Positions 22,701 to 37,000 are shown, numbered from the whole stretch's first letter. The stretch is 63,609 nucleotides of DNA, filler included, from Kipferlia bialata (GCA_003568945.1; 3 parts of 3 records of this genome joined end to end with filler, not necessarily neighbours in it), one strand, 5' to 3'. Translations and numbers: made by a program. Notes: generated from the sequence alone by a model not told the origin.

Positions 22701-25700
22701 TGCCAGAAGAGGGTGGTGCAGGCCCAAACACACTCGGGTCTTCCCTAAGAGTTAGGGTCCCTAGTCTTTCATACTCTATTGTACATATTAAGTTGCACAA
22801 GGTTAAGGACAAGTGACTTGTCATAGCTAACGAGGTGTACCTCGGCATCTCTTCTGTCCACCATGAGAGTGAATGTCACTGGGCAAGTCAGCTGACTGTA
22901 AGAGAAAACTAGTTGGTGTAATAGACCTAATTTGGATGTATATACCCTCAGCATGATAGTATCCTAGTGATTAGAGTATGTGACAATACCTGTTCTCCTA
23001 AGGGATTCCTAGCAACATAGCGTCCCGCAAAGCTGTGAGTAGAGATCACTGCCGGATCCTGTGGTGAGTCATAGGGGCTAATGTATGAAAGCCTTACAGT
23101 ACGTCTCGACAATTGTTGTGAACGTGAGCTACAGTGTAGATATTGTAGATTGGTCGTGTAGCTGCTACACTACCTTTATCACTTGGCTAAGGAACATACT
23201 CGCGTACTGCATGGTCGCGGGTAAGAAAGAGCGCGAAGCCCTACGCCAGTCCTTACGAGCGTCAGGAGGGTGGAACAGGAACAAACGATGCCACTGAGCA
23301 GTGACATACGCATAGTCTCTTGTTGCAAATAGGATATTCGGCATCTGATGTAAAGACTAATGTAACTGAATGCGGCACAATTTGTTGGACATCAATTGTT
23401 CATATACTAGTTGCGATGTTGGATCCATTCACCTGAAAGCAACGTGCCACCGCAGAATCAGGCGGAACACTAACAGGAGGGTACAGACATCTGAGTCAGT
23501 GAACACAACGCATGGTGTTTGAGAGAAGTTCCAATATAGTGCTAAGACTATCAAGTGATAATCAATTAGTGCTAATGATTGTGAGACTCAAGAAGAGTGG
23601 CACCTGTTCGTCCTGGGAGGTGGCGGTGGAATGGGTAAAGGTGGAAGCTCCATATCCTCCTCTACTCTAAGGGCAAGAGGCCGCCACCCCATTGCGCTGC
23701 CACTCCTCTTGACACTTGGGTATCCGCGCCAGTGTCCTGTGAGTTAAGGACACACTGAGATTGAGTATTCCATATCAATACTGACTCAGTATTACTGAGA
23801 TAGAATTGTAATTGAGACAGTTGGAAACCCGCGCCAGTGTCCATTTGGTTAAGATAAAGTGAGTAAGAAAGCGGCAATGAATTACTGCTGTCATGGGACA
23901 ATAAAGGAGAAGGTTAGATATGCGACATACCTGTCGGAAGATGAGCTCCGTCATCTACTTCAGAGGGATCGAAGGGTATTCTGTGGCATATATGTGATAT
24001 ACTCTGCCCAGACACCACGTGATATGTAGCTAGCTTAGCGGCTACGACAAGATCACTGGGGATATCATCGACAGTAGCGATATCCTGCAGCAATTGATAT
24101 AGAGGTAGAACCCCATTGTGTACCACATGGGTCTCAGTAGGAGAGTATCCAAGAGTATTGGGGTTCAATACCTCTCGCATGGGCTCGGAGAGAATACATG
24201 TACGCGCCCACTTCCTAGACTCTTGAAAGGAACGGAGTGGGAGAAGATGTTTGCCGAAGCGCCTTTGAAGTGGTTTCGGAAGAGCAACAAAGATGCTGAC
24301 TAGGGCCATGGATCCCAAGGAGAAACTTGGCCCCCCAAATATTCCCGACAGCGTAATTTCCATCTCATGGAAGTTGTGTTTCCGCATTCTCTCACCTAGT
24401 AACTGAAGGAGCTGAGTGAGATTACATTCAGGAATCAGATATCACGTGCTAAATACTTCACGACGCCAAATAGAGAACTATGATACAGTTTCAAACTAAA
24501 ATCGTTTGTGCGATTTGTATCACCTCGGCAACATCCGGACATGCCTTGTCGAGAGGCTCGATCAGTATCCATCGCAATACCCTGAATTGCCAAGAGTAGG
24601 TATCAGAATATGAGGGACATAGCTGAAATTAGCTTGTGATTCCACACGTAGACTCAATACACTGTAAATGCTGCAATAATGGATTATGAATGTACAGCCA
24701 TGTGTCAAAGAGACATTGTGTCGTATCATCTGTGTAGCTACCTCTCGTGACACATTCGTAAACCATTCTGACTCTAGCAACCAAGTCATAGTAATGGCAG
24801 TAATGGGTGCAGCAACAACAGGACATGTCAGTGTAAACAGAGTGAACACCAAGTAGACGAGTCGAAATGGATCATCGCTGTGTCTCCCAGATGATAGTCC
24901 TGGAGATATCAGAGAACACCTGCTACGATACACGTTCTAAAGAAGATTACAGTAGGATACAAGACACAAATCCTCACCAGCAAGTGACAGTCCCGTTCCA
25001 AGTTGTGTGCAGACACGGAGTAGATTCAACAGCTGAGGTGAACATGTTACGCATATCGAGAGAAACTGATACTGGGAACACAGAGACAACTAGGTACAGA
25101 TAGAAATCGCATTGCAATAACAGAGGGCTAGTTTCACTGGTATCATTATCGAGGGCCCCGATTCGGCCCATTCCTAATTTATGCTAATATATAGACGCGA
25201 TTCAGATGCATGTATATACCTGTACCCGAGGTGCAGTCCAGCACTGGTGCAACTGTGTCTCTTGCAACTGCGAGTCTCGCAGCAACACTGGCAAGTGGCA
25301 CGTTGCAAGGCACTCTACTCTCTTGGCAAAAGACGGATACCGTAACCCCGAAAGCAGAAGCAGCACCGTACATATAACTGTGACCATTCGTAGAAGCCAG
25401 ACAATTGCGTGTACAACAGGGTGCATCTCTCGTGAACCTTGCGCTAGGATCTGAACTATTGAGGAGACAATAATAGTCACACCTTGTACTGCAATACCCC
25501 TGCATTCTGTGGTGCATGCATCTGCTAGGTCTTCTGCAGCTTTCCCCGTTACGCACCATTTACAGTGTGTGGACTCACAGTCCACGCCAGAGTGATTCCC
25601 GTTATGCCGGATTGCACCGTTGATATCTTGTACCAACTGCGTAAAGAAGGCCAGGTGGGTAAAGGTCGCAAATACGAAGATGGCCAGTGGCCCTAAAAGG

Positions 25701-25811
25701 CTTGACCGTGTTGGCAAATGACGACTAGATGAACTATCAGTGTCCCTCCACAGCCCGAAGAACACACTTGCAATCACTGGAACCAATAGTAAGAATATGG
25801 TGCCAGTAAAC
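19735..25811 (-). CDS. Putative multi-exon hypothetical gene(s) with membrane-like N-terminal exons; may be more than one gene
   Basis: Minus-strand acceptors (e.g. CTAACACAG at 25812, TGACACCCAG at ~20331) flank open exons (25811-~25221, ~24900-24630, 24387-~23931, ~19990-19916); hydrophobic segments present; no recognisable family. Confidence 0.35.
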
Positions 25812-26354
25812 CTGTGTTAGCTCTCAGGCGTGAAGGTGGTTATAACATATGTATATGTGCATGTCTAGTTTGAATGATCTCTAATCTGGCCCATTATCGA
25901 CTTTCCTGCTACGACAGTCTCTGTTGGTACAGAAGTGGATTCATAGGAATGTGTGTATACTGTAGACAATATGTTTCACTCATCTCACCCTTTGTTGATC
26001 CTCTTCGACCGTTCAGCCTGTGTGACTCGATTGCCTTCACGCCCTCTCATTCCGAAGAATGGGAGATATAGTACAACACCAAGCACCCTAAGATACAAAC
26101 ACCGGAGTAGTTATAGAGAAGGCTCTAATGACAGAGAAATGAGGATATCTATCGTTGATACTTCGCTGTAACAGTGTGGAGGATTTCTTGATGTATGAAT
26201 ATATTAGATACCCGCAAATGAAAACATTTGAAATTCTCAAACACGAGAGGGCCTAAAGAGTCTTTAGTTAGACACCATCACGCTCTCACGCATAGAGAAC
26301 GACTGTGTATCACGGTCCAACAGCCTCCAAGAACCATCCCTCCATAGTCGTGGG

Positions 26355-26799
26355 ATGCCCAGACTGAGTCTCTCCCATGTCAGTCTGCAGCACCTGCCTG
26401 CATACCTACTGGCATCAACACGCATAGCAGACAACCAGGTACAGATATATCACGACAAGAACAATATATACCTAAGTAGCATCTATTAATGCTCTAGCAC
26501 TGTCATGGAACTAGAGTATATATCAGACAACCAGGTACACTCATGAGTCATGAGTCATGACAAAAGACTCTCTTAACATAGCACGGGTCACTCTTATTCA
26601 CTGTAGAGACACTATCACTTTAGCATTGTGTGTCTTGAACATATACACTAGGCATAGTGAGTAAATCTCAATGAACTACTGACTCTAGGTAGTGTTTCTC
26701 GGCTCTCACACTGTAGACTGGGACCCAGTATGTTTGGTAGTCAGTCGTCTTAGTAACGGTACCTTCGAGGAGGAAGTGGTACCCTGTCCCATTCCAGAT
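26355..26799 (+). CDS. Probable 5' fragment of another kelch-type gene, truncated by contig end
   Basis: MPRLSLSHVSLQHLPAYLLASTRIADNQ| ... WDPVCLVVSRLSNGTFEEEVVPCPIPD resembles the N-termini of the other kelch genes here; exon phasing not resolved. Confidence 0.35.
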
Positions 26800-26899
26800 N
26801 NNNNNNNNNNNNNNNNNNNNNNNNNNNNNNNNNNNNNNNNNNNTTAATTAATTAANNNNNNNNNNNNNNNNNNNNNNNNNNNNNNNNNNNNNNNNNNNN
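26800..26899. other. Artificial contig spacer N44-TTAATTAATTAA-N44
   Basis: 100-nt linker with stops in all six frames; identical copy at 53682-53781. Confidence 0.97.
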
Positions 26900-26985
26900 T
26901 CTCTGTATAGTCCAATGTCCCAAACCCCCCCCCCCCCCCCCTCCCCACCCTTCTCACCGCATCCCCCCTTTCTCTCTCCCCCCAG

Positions 26986-29219
26986 AGGAGGCCTACCTGA
27001 GACTGCTCTATGGCAGTATGCTGCCAGACGCACTCAGGAAGGTAGGGTCATTGGGTATAGAATACCCAAGTATCATCATAGTTTCACACTCTCTTTTCTA
27101 TGCACTGGCTTTGTTCCTCTCTCTCTCTCTCTCTACATACAAAATGTGTATATATACCACTGTGACTCTGTTTATTTCCACTTGCACTAGTCGTTTGTAT
27201 GTTACTCATATATGTATTAGCACTAACACATTGACTACCCCCAGGTGTGCTACCACTTCCACTCCCTCGACCTCCCCTACTACATGTACCTGACCGTGAT
27301 GGACACAGGGGTGCTGGACATGGTGCCAGTGGTGCAGGGCATGCTCGGTATGTGCTATTCCTGCATAGTATGTGGTATGAATTCATAGTATATATACATA
27401 TATGCAGAGGTACATGTACAGATTGATGCCGGTGGTGCAGGGCATGCTGGGTATGTAGGACATGTGTATGTATTCATGTGTGTATATATATACTGTATGG
27501 GCAGAGAGAGAGTTTTACCACTACTAGATAGAGTCGGGACATGGACGCTGATGGAGGAGGGAGTGTATTGTGTTGCTTGGGTATATGTATGAAGCATACT
27601 CCCTCTCTCCTCTCACCCCCCTAGGCCACATGGGTGCTGACCTCATTGCCCACTGTCCTGCCAACATATTCTACACGATACACAACATAGGTGCGTAGAT
27701 AAACTCTCATGTACAATTCTGGTTTGTATGCGTACACCTTCCCAACATGCCATAGTGTCTAGATGCCTGTGTCTCTCACCCTCAGTCAATGACCCCGTTG
27801 CATACCACATGACAGAGGTAGGGGGGCACACGCAGTATATATATATCTACATAGATATTTGTATATGTGTATTGGGCAGCCTAAAATCTGAGCAGGCCTC
27901 GTTGTGTTAATATGGAACATCACGTCGCACTGCCAGTCTCCACCCCCAGATAGCTGTTGACTCATACTGTCTGAGAGAGTACCCATACAGTGCACACAGT
28001 GGCATCTTCGAAGGTATGGATATATATATATATATCTCTATACACATTTCTGTATATCATTATCTAACCCCCAGCCTCTCGTGTTAACCCCACTGCAGAC
28101 CTTGTCCTAGAGACACTCGACAGATACCCATTCCTGCTGGAGGAGGTATGGGTGTATATGAGTATGTGGGTGGGTGTGCAGAGATAATCGGACAGACACC
28201 GGTCAGATACTAATTCCTATGGCAGGTGGTGGGATTTCATACCCTCTATATTTCTCACCATACCCCTCTCTCTCTGCATATATAGACAAATGTATACCCG
28301 TCCAATCCCCAGGCGTGCCTGAACTATGGAATCCCTGAGCCAACCAGGCACCAGCTAGTGGAGGTCAGACGTGTATGGATACACATATATATTATGTATT
28401 GATCTGTATGACTCATGTGTCATCGTGTGTACCGTTCTTAGTAATCAGATTTATAGATGCGAATGCCAGGCGATGATGCCCTGTGGACAGACAATACATG
28501 TACTCCATATACAACCTGTCCTAATAGGACAGTGTGCTTCATTCATATATATCCTTTGCTCATATACCCCTGACGCCCAGGCCCTGCTGTCGTATGGTGC
28601 CGAGGTTGACATGGAGACAGTGGCAGCAGATGTGGACTTCATATACAGACAGACACTGATGGACTATGTGAGGTAGGGGGGGTGTCCATGGTACAGGTTG
28701 TACATATTACTTATCTATACATTGTATACCCAAAACCCCCAGGAACGACACCTGCTCTGTCGACACCTGGGATGTGACGGATCAGAGGGTGGGGTACCAG
28801 CTGGACAGCAGGTATGCAGTTGTATTATAGTAGTATGTGTATACACATGTGTTTGAATATGGAAAAGGGTAAGAGTCTATGCACCAGACTGGTACCAGCT
28901 TGGCAGCATAGGTATGTGTCCACTCCCTCTATATTCCTCTCAATGGTTTCCCTCTACCCCTACCAACCCCTCCCCTCAGTATCGACATCATGGACATTGC
29001 TATCCACCAGATGCAGACCCTCCCAACACTCAAGGAGCTGGAGGTACAGTTTATCATATATCCATTCCTCCGTATAATAGTGAAAATGCGTATGCTAATG
29101 ACACTCATAGTGAACTCTTTTCCCGATCCCTCTCTCTACTCTCACCTCAGTCCTCCCTTGATACCTTTGTCGACACCTGGCAGGACAGTGTCGATGGGGA
29201 CATATGCAACTACCCATAG
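26986..29219 (+). CDS. Hypothetical protein, 3' part (about 11 exons)
   Basis: In-phase exons EAYLRLLYGSMLPDALRK|VCYHFHSLDLPYYMYL...|HMGADLIAHC...|SSLDTFVDTWQDSVDGDICNYP*; family not recognised. Confidence 0.65.
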
Positions 29220-29618
29220 GGAATGTTACCACTGTGCATACTACCTCTTCATTCCTTTATATACCTATCCTATTATACCAAGAAACAAAATCGAATTTCT
29301 CTTGAATGATAGCAGTCGATTACTATGAGAATTTAGGGTCGCCTTGTTTGTATGGTACCCTGTGGTGTTTTGCCAATACCCTCTCCTACTGTAATAGATG
29401 CTACCCATTTGAGTTAGTAGAGACTCGGCCACAGAGTGTATGGTTACCCCGGTATGCTGGATTGGAACGTCATGTCTCTATTCTACCGATGCGCTACTGT
29501 ACACGAGGTGTCTAAAACCACCCCAAGAATTATTGGGTAAGAACAAACCATCTTTCTATCGGGATCACAAAGAGCTAGTAGTCTACCGAAAGTCGAACAG
29601 ACTTCTACAGTAGAAGTT

Positions 29619-31157
29619 CTACTCATGCATGCTATCCCCTAGTATATCCTCCAGCCCAGTTAGCACCAGGGATCCATTCCTGCCATGGACAAGGCCGGTG
29701 TCTGGGTGAAAAAGGGTTATAGTATATGACGCTACACTCTATAATCAAACGTAGTTGTATCATTGCTGACATGCACACGTGTAGTTGCTAGATGGTTGGG
29801 TCAGTATCATTGGGCACAGTGAGAGGTAACACAAGAGTCCCGGGCGTCAAGGTCTCCGTCACTATGTTGATGGATGCAGGCATACGAAGTTACCCCCACC
29901 TTCATCTAGCATGCACCCAGATCCCCAAACAAGTGTCTTGGCCGATGTAGTCCTGGTCTCAGACCACTCCCCACTCACGGTGTCATAGGTATTAAGAGTG
30001 ACGGTGTCAGTGTCAACACCTAGTATACCTAGGGGTGAGTGTAGAAAATAGATGCGGAATCTGTATATCAGCGTAGTGTTGTTGGTCTTGACCATCGGAT
30101 TGGAACCTACCTACTCGCCGGCTGCCGTCAAAGTGTAGTGTAGGTGGCCCATATGCTCTGAATGCCGGTGGAGAGAGACACTCCCATGTTCCCTGTGCTG
30201 GTAAGGATGTCCCTCCCACTCTCTCCCCAGGTGTATACACCATGTGTAGGGTGTCGTGCTCCCCTCCCCCTAGAATATGGGCCCTGTTGTGCAGAACAAC
30301 AGCCACACTGGCATTGTTCTGAGGGTGAGGACTAATACACAGGCGCTTCCACTATCTGTGTCTCTCATAGCAAAACTGTTATGGTTCCTACTAGGTACTC
30401 CCTGTGACACATATCTATATATATACGCAGTACCTTCTGTGGAGGGTCAGTCATCCTAGTCCACCGTGCCCTTACACACCCGGAGTCCAGGTCTAGGCTG
30501 GTAGTGTCTAAGGCCCACATGTCAGGGAGGTGGGCGCAGTCTACCCCAACTCCCCCTACTACATACAGCACACTGTCGATTGCGAACACTGCTGCTGAGT
30601 ATCGAGCCGTTGGCCAGGACTCTTGCTTAGTAGATGACTCCTTCTGGATCTCCATCCACTGTTGTGTGTCCAGTCTGTAGACCCAGAGGTTATCGCGAGC
30701 ATGATAGTTCACATGACTACTGCACCCCCCAAACACATAGGCACACCCACCTACCAGCACTGCGGTGGTCTCCTTGAGTTGCCAGGGGAGCGGACTGGAG
30801 GGCACACTCTCATCCATCACTACACAAGCACTAGTAGTACCACCCGACACTGCCCTCTTACATGTATCTGATAGGGATAAAGAGACGCAGGGGTCATCTG
30901 TGTGGCCATATGCACTGTTGATAACGGTGATCAGCGCAGTGCTATCAGTCAGCCTCAGCAGGCAACAGTGTGTGTCGGGCTGGGGTTATTACTTCCCCTC
31001 AAGAATACAGTGCTACTGCAGCATCAGCGTATACACACTACAATTCACTATATGTAATATACTATGTTGCAAGTTGCCACATCCAAGCGTGACACCAAGT
31101 CTTTGCTCCTACCTTGTGTAGCCGTGTATAGTGACAGTCACACGAGAATTCACCCAT
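29619..31157 (-). CDS. Kelch-type beta-propeller protein
   Basis: GGCAYVFGG...LWVYRLDTQQW...WPTARYSAAVFAIDSVLYVVGG...DMWALDT; last exon DTGLVHGRNGSLVLTGLEDILGDSMHE*; start position approximate. Confidence 0.8.
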
Positions 31158-31474
31158 ATTAGGCCGGATTGCTCTGGTAGATACTTTTGCAGTACCGTTA
31201 TAGTGTTTGCCCTCGTCTAAATGTATCTGATATACTGAGTGGTAGGGCACCACTGCAATACTACGGTAATACTTTAGGTGAAGAGGAAGAGTGGTATAGG
31301 ACGAGGATGAGAGTCTCCCAACTGTACACAATGTAGTTTGAGAGCTGCTATGTTAAGTCGCACTAGGAGGCCATCAATCACCTGTAGACTTAGTAGTACT
31401 GGACAGTGGTAGATAGACATAGACACTGAGTGTGGCATCTATTGACAGATTGGAACCATCACTATACCTATCGG

Positions 31475-33252
31475 ATGTCGTGCCCTGAGGTTGTCTGGAC
31501 CACTATTCACAAACCTCACTCCACTGGCCCTACAATCCCACCACACGAGATGAGTGACTTCACAACTATACCCCACAACATGTGGTTGCATCAGGTACCA
31601 CCCGATGACTGTGTTAGTATACACTGCACACAGTTACTATAACAGTGTCCCTCTGCCTCCTCGTGTCTTACTTACTAGCCATGGACTTCAGGCTGTAGGA
31701 TAGCTAAGCTTACAGAGTCGTCAGCCCTTATCGTTGGAGAGAACGACGAGTACGGTCACAAGACTGACCCTTGTGTCTCGGTGACTCTTCCCCACACCTG
31801 GAGGGGGACAGGACCTCACCCACCCTCCCCCACCCCTATACAGGAGGCCATCATTCCTTGTCCACTCAACCCTCGTCTGGCTCGGCCATCCACTGCAGTG
31901 GTCGGAGGGTGTGTGTATGTCTTCGGTGGGTTCTTGGGTTGGGCAGCCGGCACATACTCTGATACTCTCTGGGTGTATAGGATAGACACACAGGAGTGGC
32001 GGCAGGTACTACACGACCCAGCTAGCAACGGCTCCTGGCCTGACCCCCGGTCATCTGCCGTGATGTTCAGTGTAGATGGTATAGTCTACCTGGCAGGAGG
32101 GTATTCTCAGGGTGATCTCACGGCCAGTGGATCAATGTGCCACACCGACATGTGGGCCTTTGACACAACCCGACTCAACGTTGATGCTGAGACACTGACT
32201 GTACAGTGGACCAGACTAGGAGACCTGCCCAAGGAGGTAGTGGGGTCGTGTATGTGTACATCTACACTATCACATGTTTATACAGAAGCTCAGAAGAGAC
32301 CAAGACCGACACTACTGTACTACTCTCACCCACAGATTGTCAACAGTGCTGCGGTGACCATTCACGGGAGAGCCCACGTAATAGGAGGGGGACGTGATTG
32401 TAACTTACACATGGTATACACACCTGGTAAGCGGGGACTGGAGAGAGATTGGGAGAGAGCACCTGCTGTAGCCTTCAGCAGTGCTGTGGGTACGTGGGAG
32501 TGCCTGCCCTCTACGCCAGTACCGGCACCCGTTCCTGTGGCTCTACTCTATGAGGGTAGTAGGAGAGTAGGTAGGATATCCGATCTTAACATGATCTGGT
32601 ACAAACCTGGATATGAGTGACAGCAGTCTCGTGTAAGTATGGCCGTGTTAATGACTCTCAGGGATACTAGGGTACGCCAACAACACTGGCCCTGTCCTAC
32701 ACGTCTATGACAGTGTGGATGGAGGGTGGATAGGATATGACAGTATATCTTGGTCATCTGTCACTGAGGGGGCAGGGTGCATGCTCGATGAAGGTGGGGA
32801 GACTAGGTGGTACTAAACCCTTCCACAATGGTGGTCTTTAGGAATCTCAAGTTGGGATCTCCATGGGTAGTATATAGCTTCCAATTCTCGTATTCTCCTG
32901 GCATTGCCATGGTCACATACCGTATGTGTACATATATAGGTGGACTAGCACATACTCGCCTGGATTATAGTGAATCACATTGTGTGCCTGACCACACCAC
33001 ACTGCCCGAGTGCATGGTACAATTGATACTTACGTATACCTACAGATATAGATATCTGCTGTATCATTCTGACAACCCACCGCAGACACTGCCCTGGTGC
33101 ATAGCAGGACATAGATATAGATATATATGTATATATGCATCATTAGTGTCTATCTATCCCCAGACACTGCCCTTGTGCATGGCAAGACAGGCACCAGGGT
33201 GCTCACAGGGCTGTTCCACATACTGGGGGACTCAGTCAACGTATTAGAGTGA
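31475..33252 (+). CDS. Kelch-type beta-propeller protein, paralog of 29619-31157
   Basis: GGCVYVFGG...LWVYRIDTQEW...WPDPRSSAVMFSVDGIVYLAGG...DMWAFDT; last exon DTALVHGKTGTRVLTGLFHILGDSVNVLE*. Confidence 0.8.
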
Positions 33253-33317
33253 ATAGATTCTGAAACACACTGCAAATACATGTAGACTCTGGAGTCCAGA
33301 GTCTGAACTCGACCACT

Positions 33318-33494
33318 ATGGACATCGTCTCCCTTCTCTCAGCCTGGATACATAGCTATCGATCATCGACTACTCAAAGTCTACACCCTTTCAAGTTTTT
33401 GCTTCTTGAAGACCTCTCCGACCTGTTCTCTTTGAACGCCAAGGCGCTGTGGCCACCAGACCAATCTGACAGCCAGGGATCGAAGATGGAACAG
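33318..33494 (+). CDS. First exon of a gene (MDIVSLLSAWIHS...SKMEQ); linkage to downstream exons uncertain
   Basis: ATG shortly after the kelch stop, ends CAG|GTTTGG in phase 0; the next exon beyond the poly-C needs phase 2. Confidence 0.45.
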
Positions 33495-33678
33495 GTTTGG
33501 ATAATATAGTGCCCATATATCACCCAATACCTCTATCTGCTTGGTATGGTATGGTATTTGATATGTTTTGCCTGGGTCGGTATCACATCCCACTACTGTT
33601 ATATCCCACCAACCTTTCACCCCCACATTCCCACTTCTATGAAGCATATTTTCACAACACCTTGGAAGTGGGAGGTCA

Positions 33679-33718
<40 letters not shown>

Positions 33719-33891
33719 CCCCTCCCCCCCCCCCATTCCCCCCCCCCCCCCCCCCCCTCTATCTCCCTTACCCCAGCCTCACCTCCCTTCTCTTCACCCT
33801 GTATTTCTCTCTCTCCCCACCTCCTCTCCCCCTATCTTCCTCACCCCAGCCTCACCTCCCTTGCCTCCCTCTCCCTGTATGTGTGTCTCAG

Positions 33892-34056
33892 GATGTGCTG
33901 TTCGGACATGGGGGTGGATGTCTGGTACACTCTGCAGGTACAGAGAGTAATTACATTCATATGCTGAAATACAGTGATACACACATAGACATATATCATG
34001 ATAGTGGTCAGACATGGGAAGCATCATCAGCAACCCTCTACCGTCTCTCCGACAAT

Positions 34057-34089
<33 letters not shown>

Positions 34090-37000
34090 GTCTTGAATAT
34101 ACACAGGTTGTTGTATCTCTCACTTACCTTCCTCACCCACAGCGTCTCTCTCTTCACTCAGTGCACAATCTGCGCATATACATTGGGGAGAGAGACCCAC
34201 TGAGTACCAACAAGCCCAGCAGAGCCACACCTGAACATGTAGAGCACCCTCTGCTCTCTCTCTCTCTCCCTATATTGTCAGTCTCATTCTGGAGATGCAT
34301 AGGGTCGCTCATATTCGGTGCATTGCCCTTGAGAATCACAGGTATTTCTCTCTCTCTATATGTCTCTCAATATGGGTACATCCATACCTCTCCTCTGCGT
34401 GTGCCTCCAGAATAGCCCCCCCCCCCCCTTCCCTCTCTATCTCTCTCTAGATCTTGTATCTCTTACCCCCAGGCCCTGCCTCCCCTTCTCTCTCTCTCTC
34501 CGGCATGTGCCTTGAGGTCAATGCCCTGGGCTGGATGCAGCTACTCAGGGATAGAGTGAGAGAGAAGACAGAGGGTGGAGAGACTGATGCAGAGCCTCCA
34601 AAGGCCAAGGGGTATATATCCCGTATGGTCACCAGGTTCTGTGTGGCCAGGGTACCCGCAGCGATAGCCATGCTGTGCCGTCTCTCTGTCCATGTGACTG
34701 ACACCTCTCTCTCTGTCACTCTCCCCCATACTGGAGATGTCTCAGTATATGGCACACCCATCGATGACCCGTGCCCACACTGCATGTCTCTCTCTCTCTC
34801 CATCGACTCTCTCTCCCTCAACGCCTCTGCTGCCACCGACTTGGAGAGGGAGAGAGAGGGGGAGGGAGGGGCTGGGAGATACCTCGCAGACACCTGTGGG
34901 GTGAGGGTGGCAGTACGCAACCTAGCTGTCTCTGCCTCTCTCTACCATGCTGTGGAGAGGTGCCCCCCCCTGTACCCCCCTCGTGACCCCCACCACTCCA
35001 GACACCCAGTCACAGACGACCACTCCCTCTCCATACACCCTCTGGGTACAGCCCTCACCTTCTGCCTCCCCTCTGCGTCTCTGTTTGTGTGCAACATGCC
35101 CTTGTTGGGTATGTCCCACTATGCAGCACAGGCAGTCCCGGTGGTACAGAGCCTGGTACATGGCCTACCCGTCATGTCTCTCTCCCTGCACCAGACGTCT
35201 CTCTCTCTCTCTGGCCCCCATCCCCATGGGTGTGACCCAGTGCCCCTGCTGCTGCCATACGTAGGTGGGGTAGGCTTAGACATAGTGTGCTATGATATAC
35301 ATATATGCATTCATACCTCTTTAGTGTAGGGGGGACTAGATCTTGTGCGCTATGATGCATATATGCATTCATACCTGTAAGTGTAACACATTCCCTCGGG
35401 TAGATAGTGCTCCGACACAATGCCCAGTACACATTGCATAACTACCACACCCACACATTGCCTCTAACCCTCTCAGGTATAGAGAGTGCCCTGGTGAGTG
35501 GGGGTGTCCCTGAGGATCTTGTAGGCCCTGCCTCTCTCTGTAAGCCAGGCGTGTGCCTGGCCCTATCTGTGACAGACACTGACACCCCATGCACACTGGA
35601 TGAGGCAGCATACACCTCCCACTCCACCCCCCACCCTCCACCCTGTGATGCCCCTGTCCTGGTATTGTCCACAGGCCTACTGGGTAGTGTGGCATCTACT
35701 GTTAGGGCCATGTCGATACTGATGGGTGCAGAGGACTCAGCAGAGACGGGGGGGGAGGGGGAGAGTGGTAGTGTTACAGTGGCAGAGGGACCACCAGCGG
35801 AGAGTGTGTCCCTCCCGCCCCTCCCTAGTCTTGTCCCATCCTTTGCCATTGGTCTCTCCCTCTCCCTCTCTGCTATGTCCATGGTACTGGTGTCAGATGA
35901 GTGTGTATACCCCAGGATATGCTGTGTGGAGGGGTATGTACCCAGGAACATGGCTGTGGACAAGCACATGAGCAGTGTGGTGTACAGGTGGGTGGTGGGA
36001 GGTGTTGCATGGTGGAGTAGTGCACAGTGCATATGTAACATCACTATTGGTCTTCACAAATGTCAGTCATATCAGTATGTGCATCAATTTGTCTAGTATG
36101 CCACTGACCCCTAGGCACAAGGGCGCCCCCTGTCTAGACACCTATGGCACGGCATACCTCACACACAGAATACAGACCCTGGAGGTGGGACACAGACATA
36201 TCCACTAGTATATGAATATGTGTGAATGCTGGTGTTGTAGGCTACTATATCACTCACCCCTACCCCTCAGGCCGTGTCCTCTGTGGCTGCTGTCTCTCCC
36301 TTGACCATGGCCACTCCTGTCCCACCCAGTGCATACTCTACGCACCACAAGTATCTAGAGAGTGACAGGTTCTACAGGAAGTACTTCGGACTAGGCAGAC
36401 AGAGGGCGAGGAGGTGGGGGTGTTTGTGTATATGTGGAGGTATACACCGCGATAGGAGATGTACTTCGTTGCATCTCGTACTCCTCACCCCCAGGGTGCA
36501 TGGTGCCAGGGTGGCTGACCTGTTCCTCGAGCTGCCCCAGCCTGTGAGGCCCTACGTGCTACATGAGAATGAGCCATACCCAACCAGAGACCCATACTCA
36601 GGTCTGACTCATGTACTATTTTGTTACATCACTGGACTTCTCAACTGACTATATCTATCCATGTTTTGGCTATGCATGTTCTCACCTTCCAGGTGCCCGT
36701 GTGGCGTGTCTCAAGGACCTCGACAGAGTGAGGATGTGGAGGAGCATGTGCATAGCATACGAGCCACGCACGCAGGTATCCATCCAAGCTTGCATCATGA
36801 TGACTCATGCAGTATAGTAGACTGTTATGACCATCTCTAACCTAGGCCATCGGACCAACTGCCCTATGCATAGGTGCCGCAGGTGTGTGCATGGAAGTGG
36901 TGTACCAGATACCCCAGTCAGGGACAGAGACCACATGCTGCTCCAGACACCAGAGACAGACATATAGGTAGATTGAGTCTCTCTCAATATTACTACTCTC

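Noticed and set aside
26800..26899. Palindromic TTAATTAATTAA within N runs as a biological motif
   Set aside because: An identical 100-nt six-frame-stop linker occurs twice; it is an artificial contig join, so adjacency across it is meaningless.
30820..30865. Apparent frameshift or 5' truncation of the minus-strand kelch gene
   Set aside because: The frame is open upstream (PDTHCCLLRLTDSTAL...DTCKRAVS) to a canonical acceptor; the ORF track simply starts at the first GTG.
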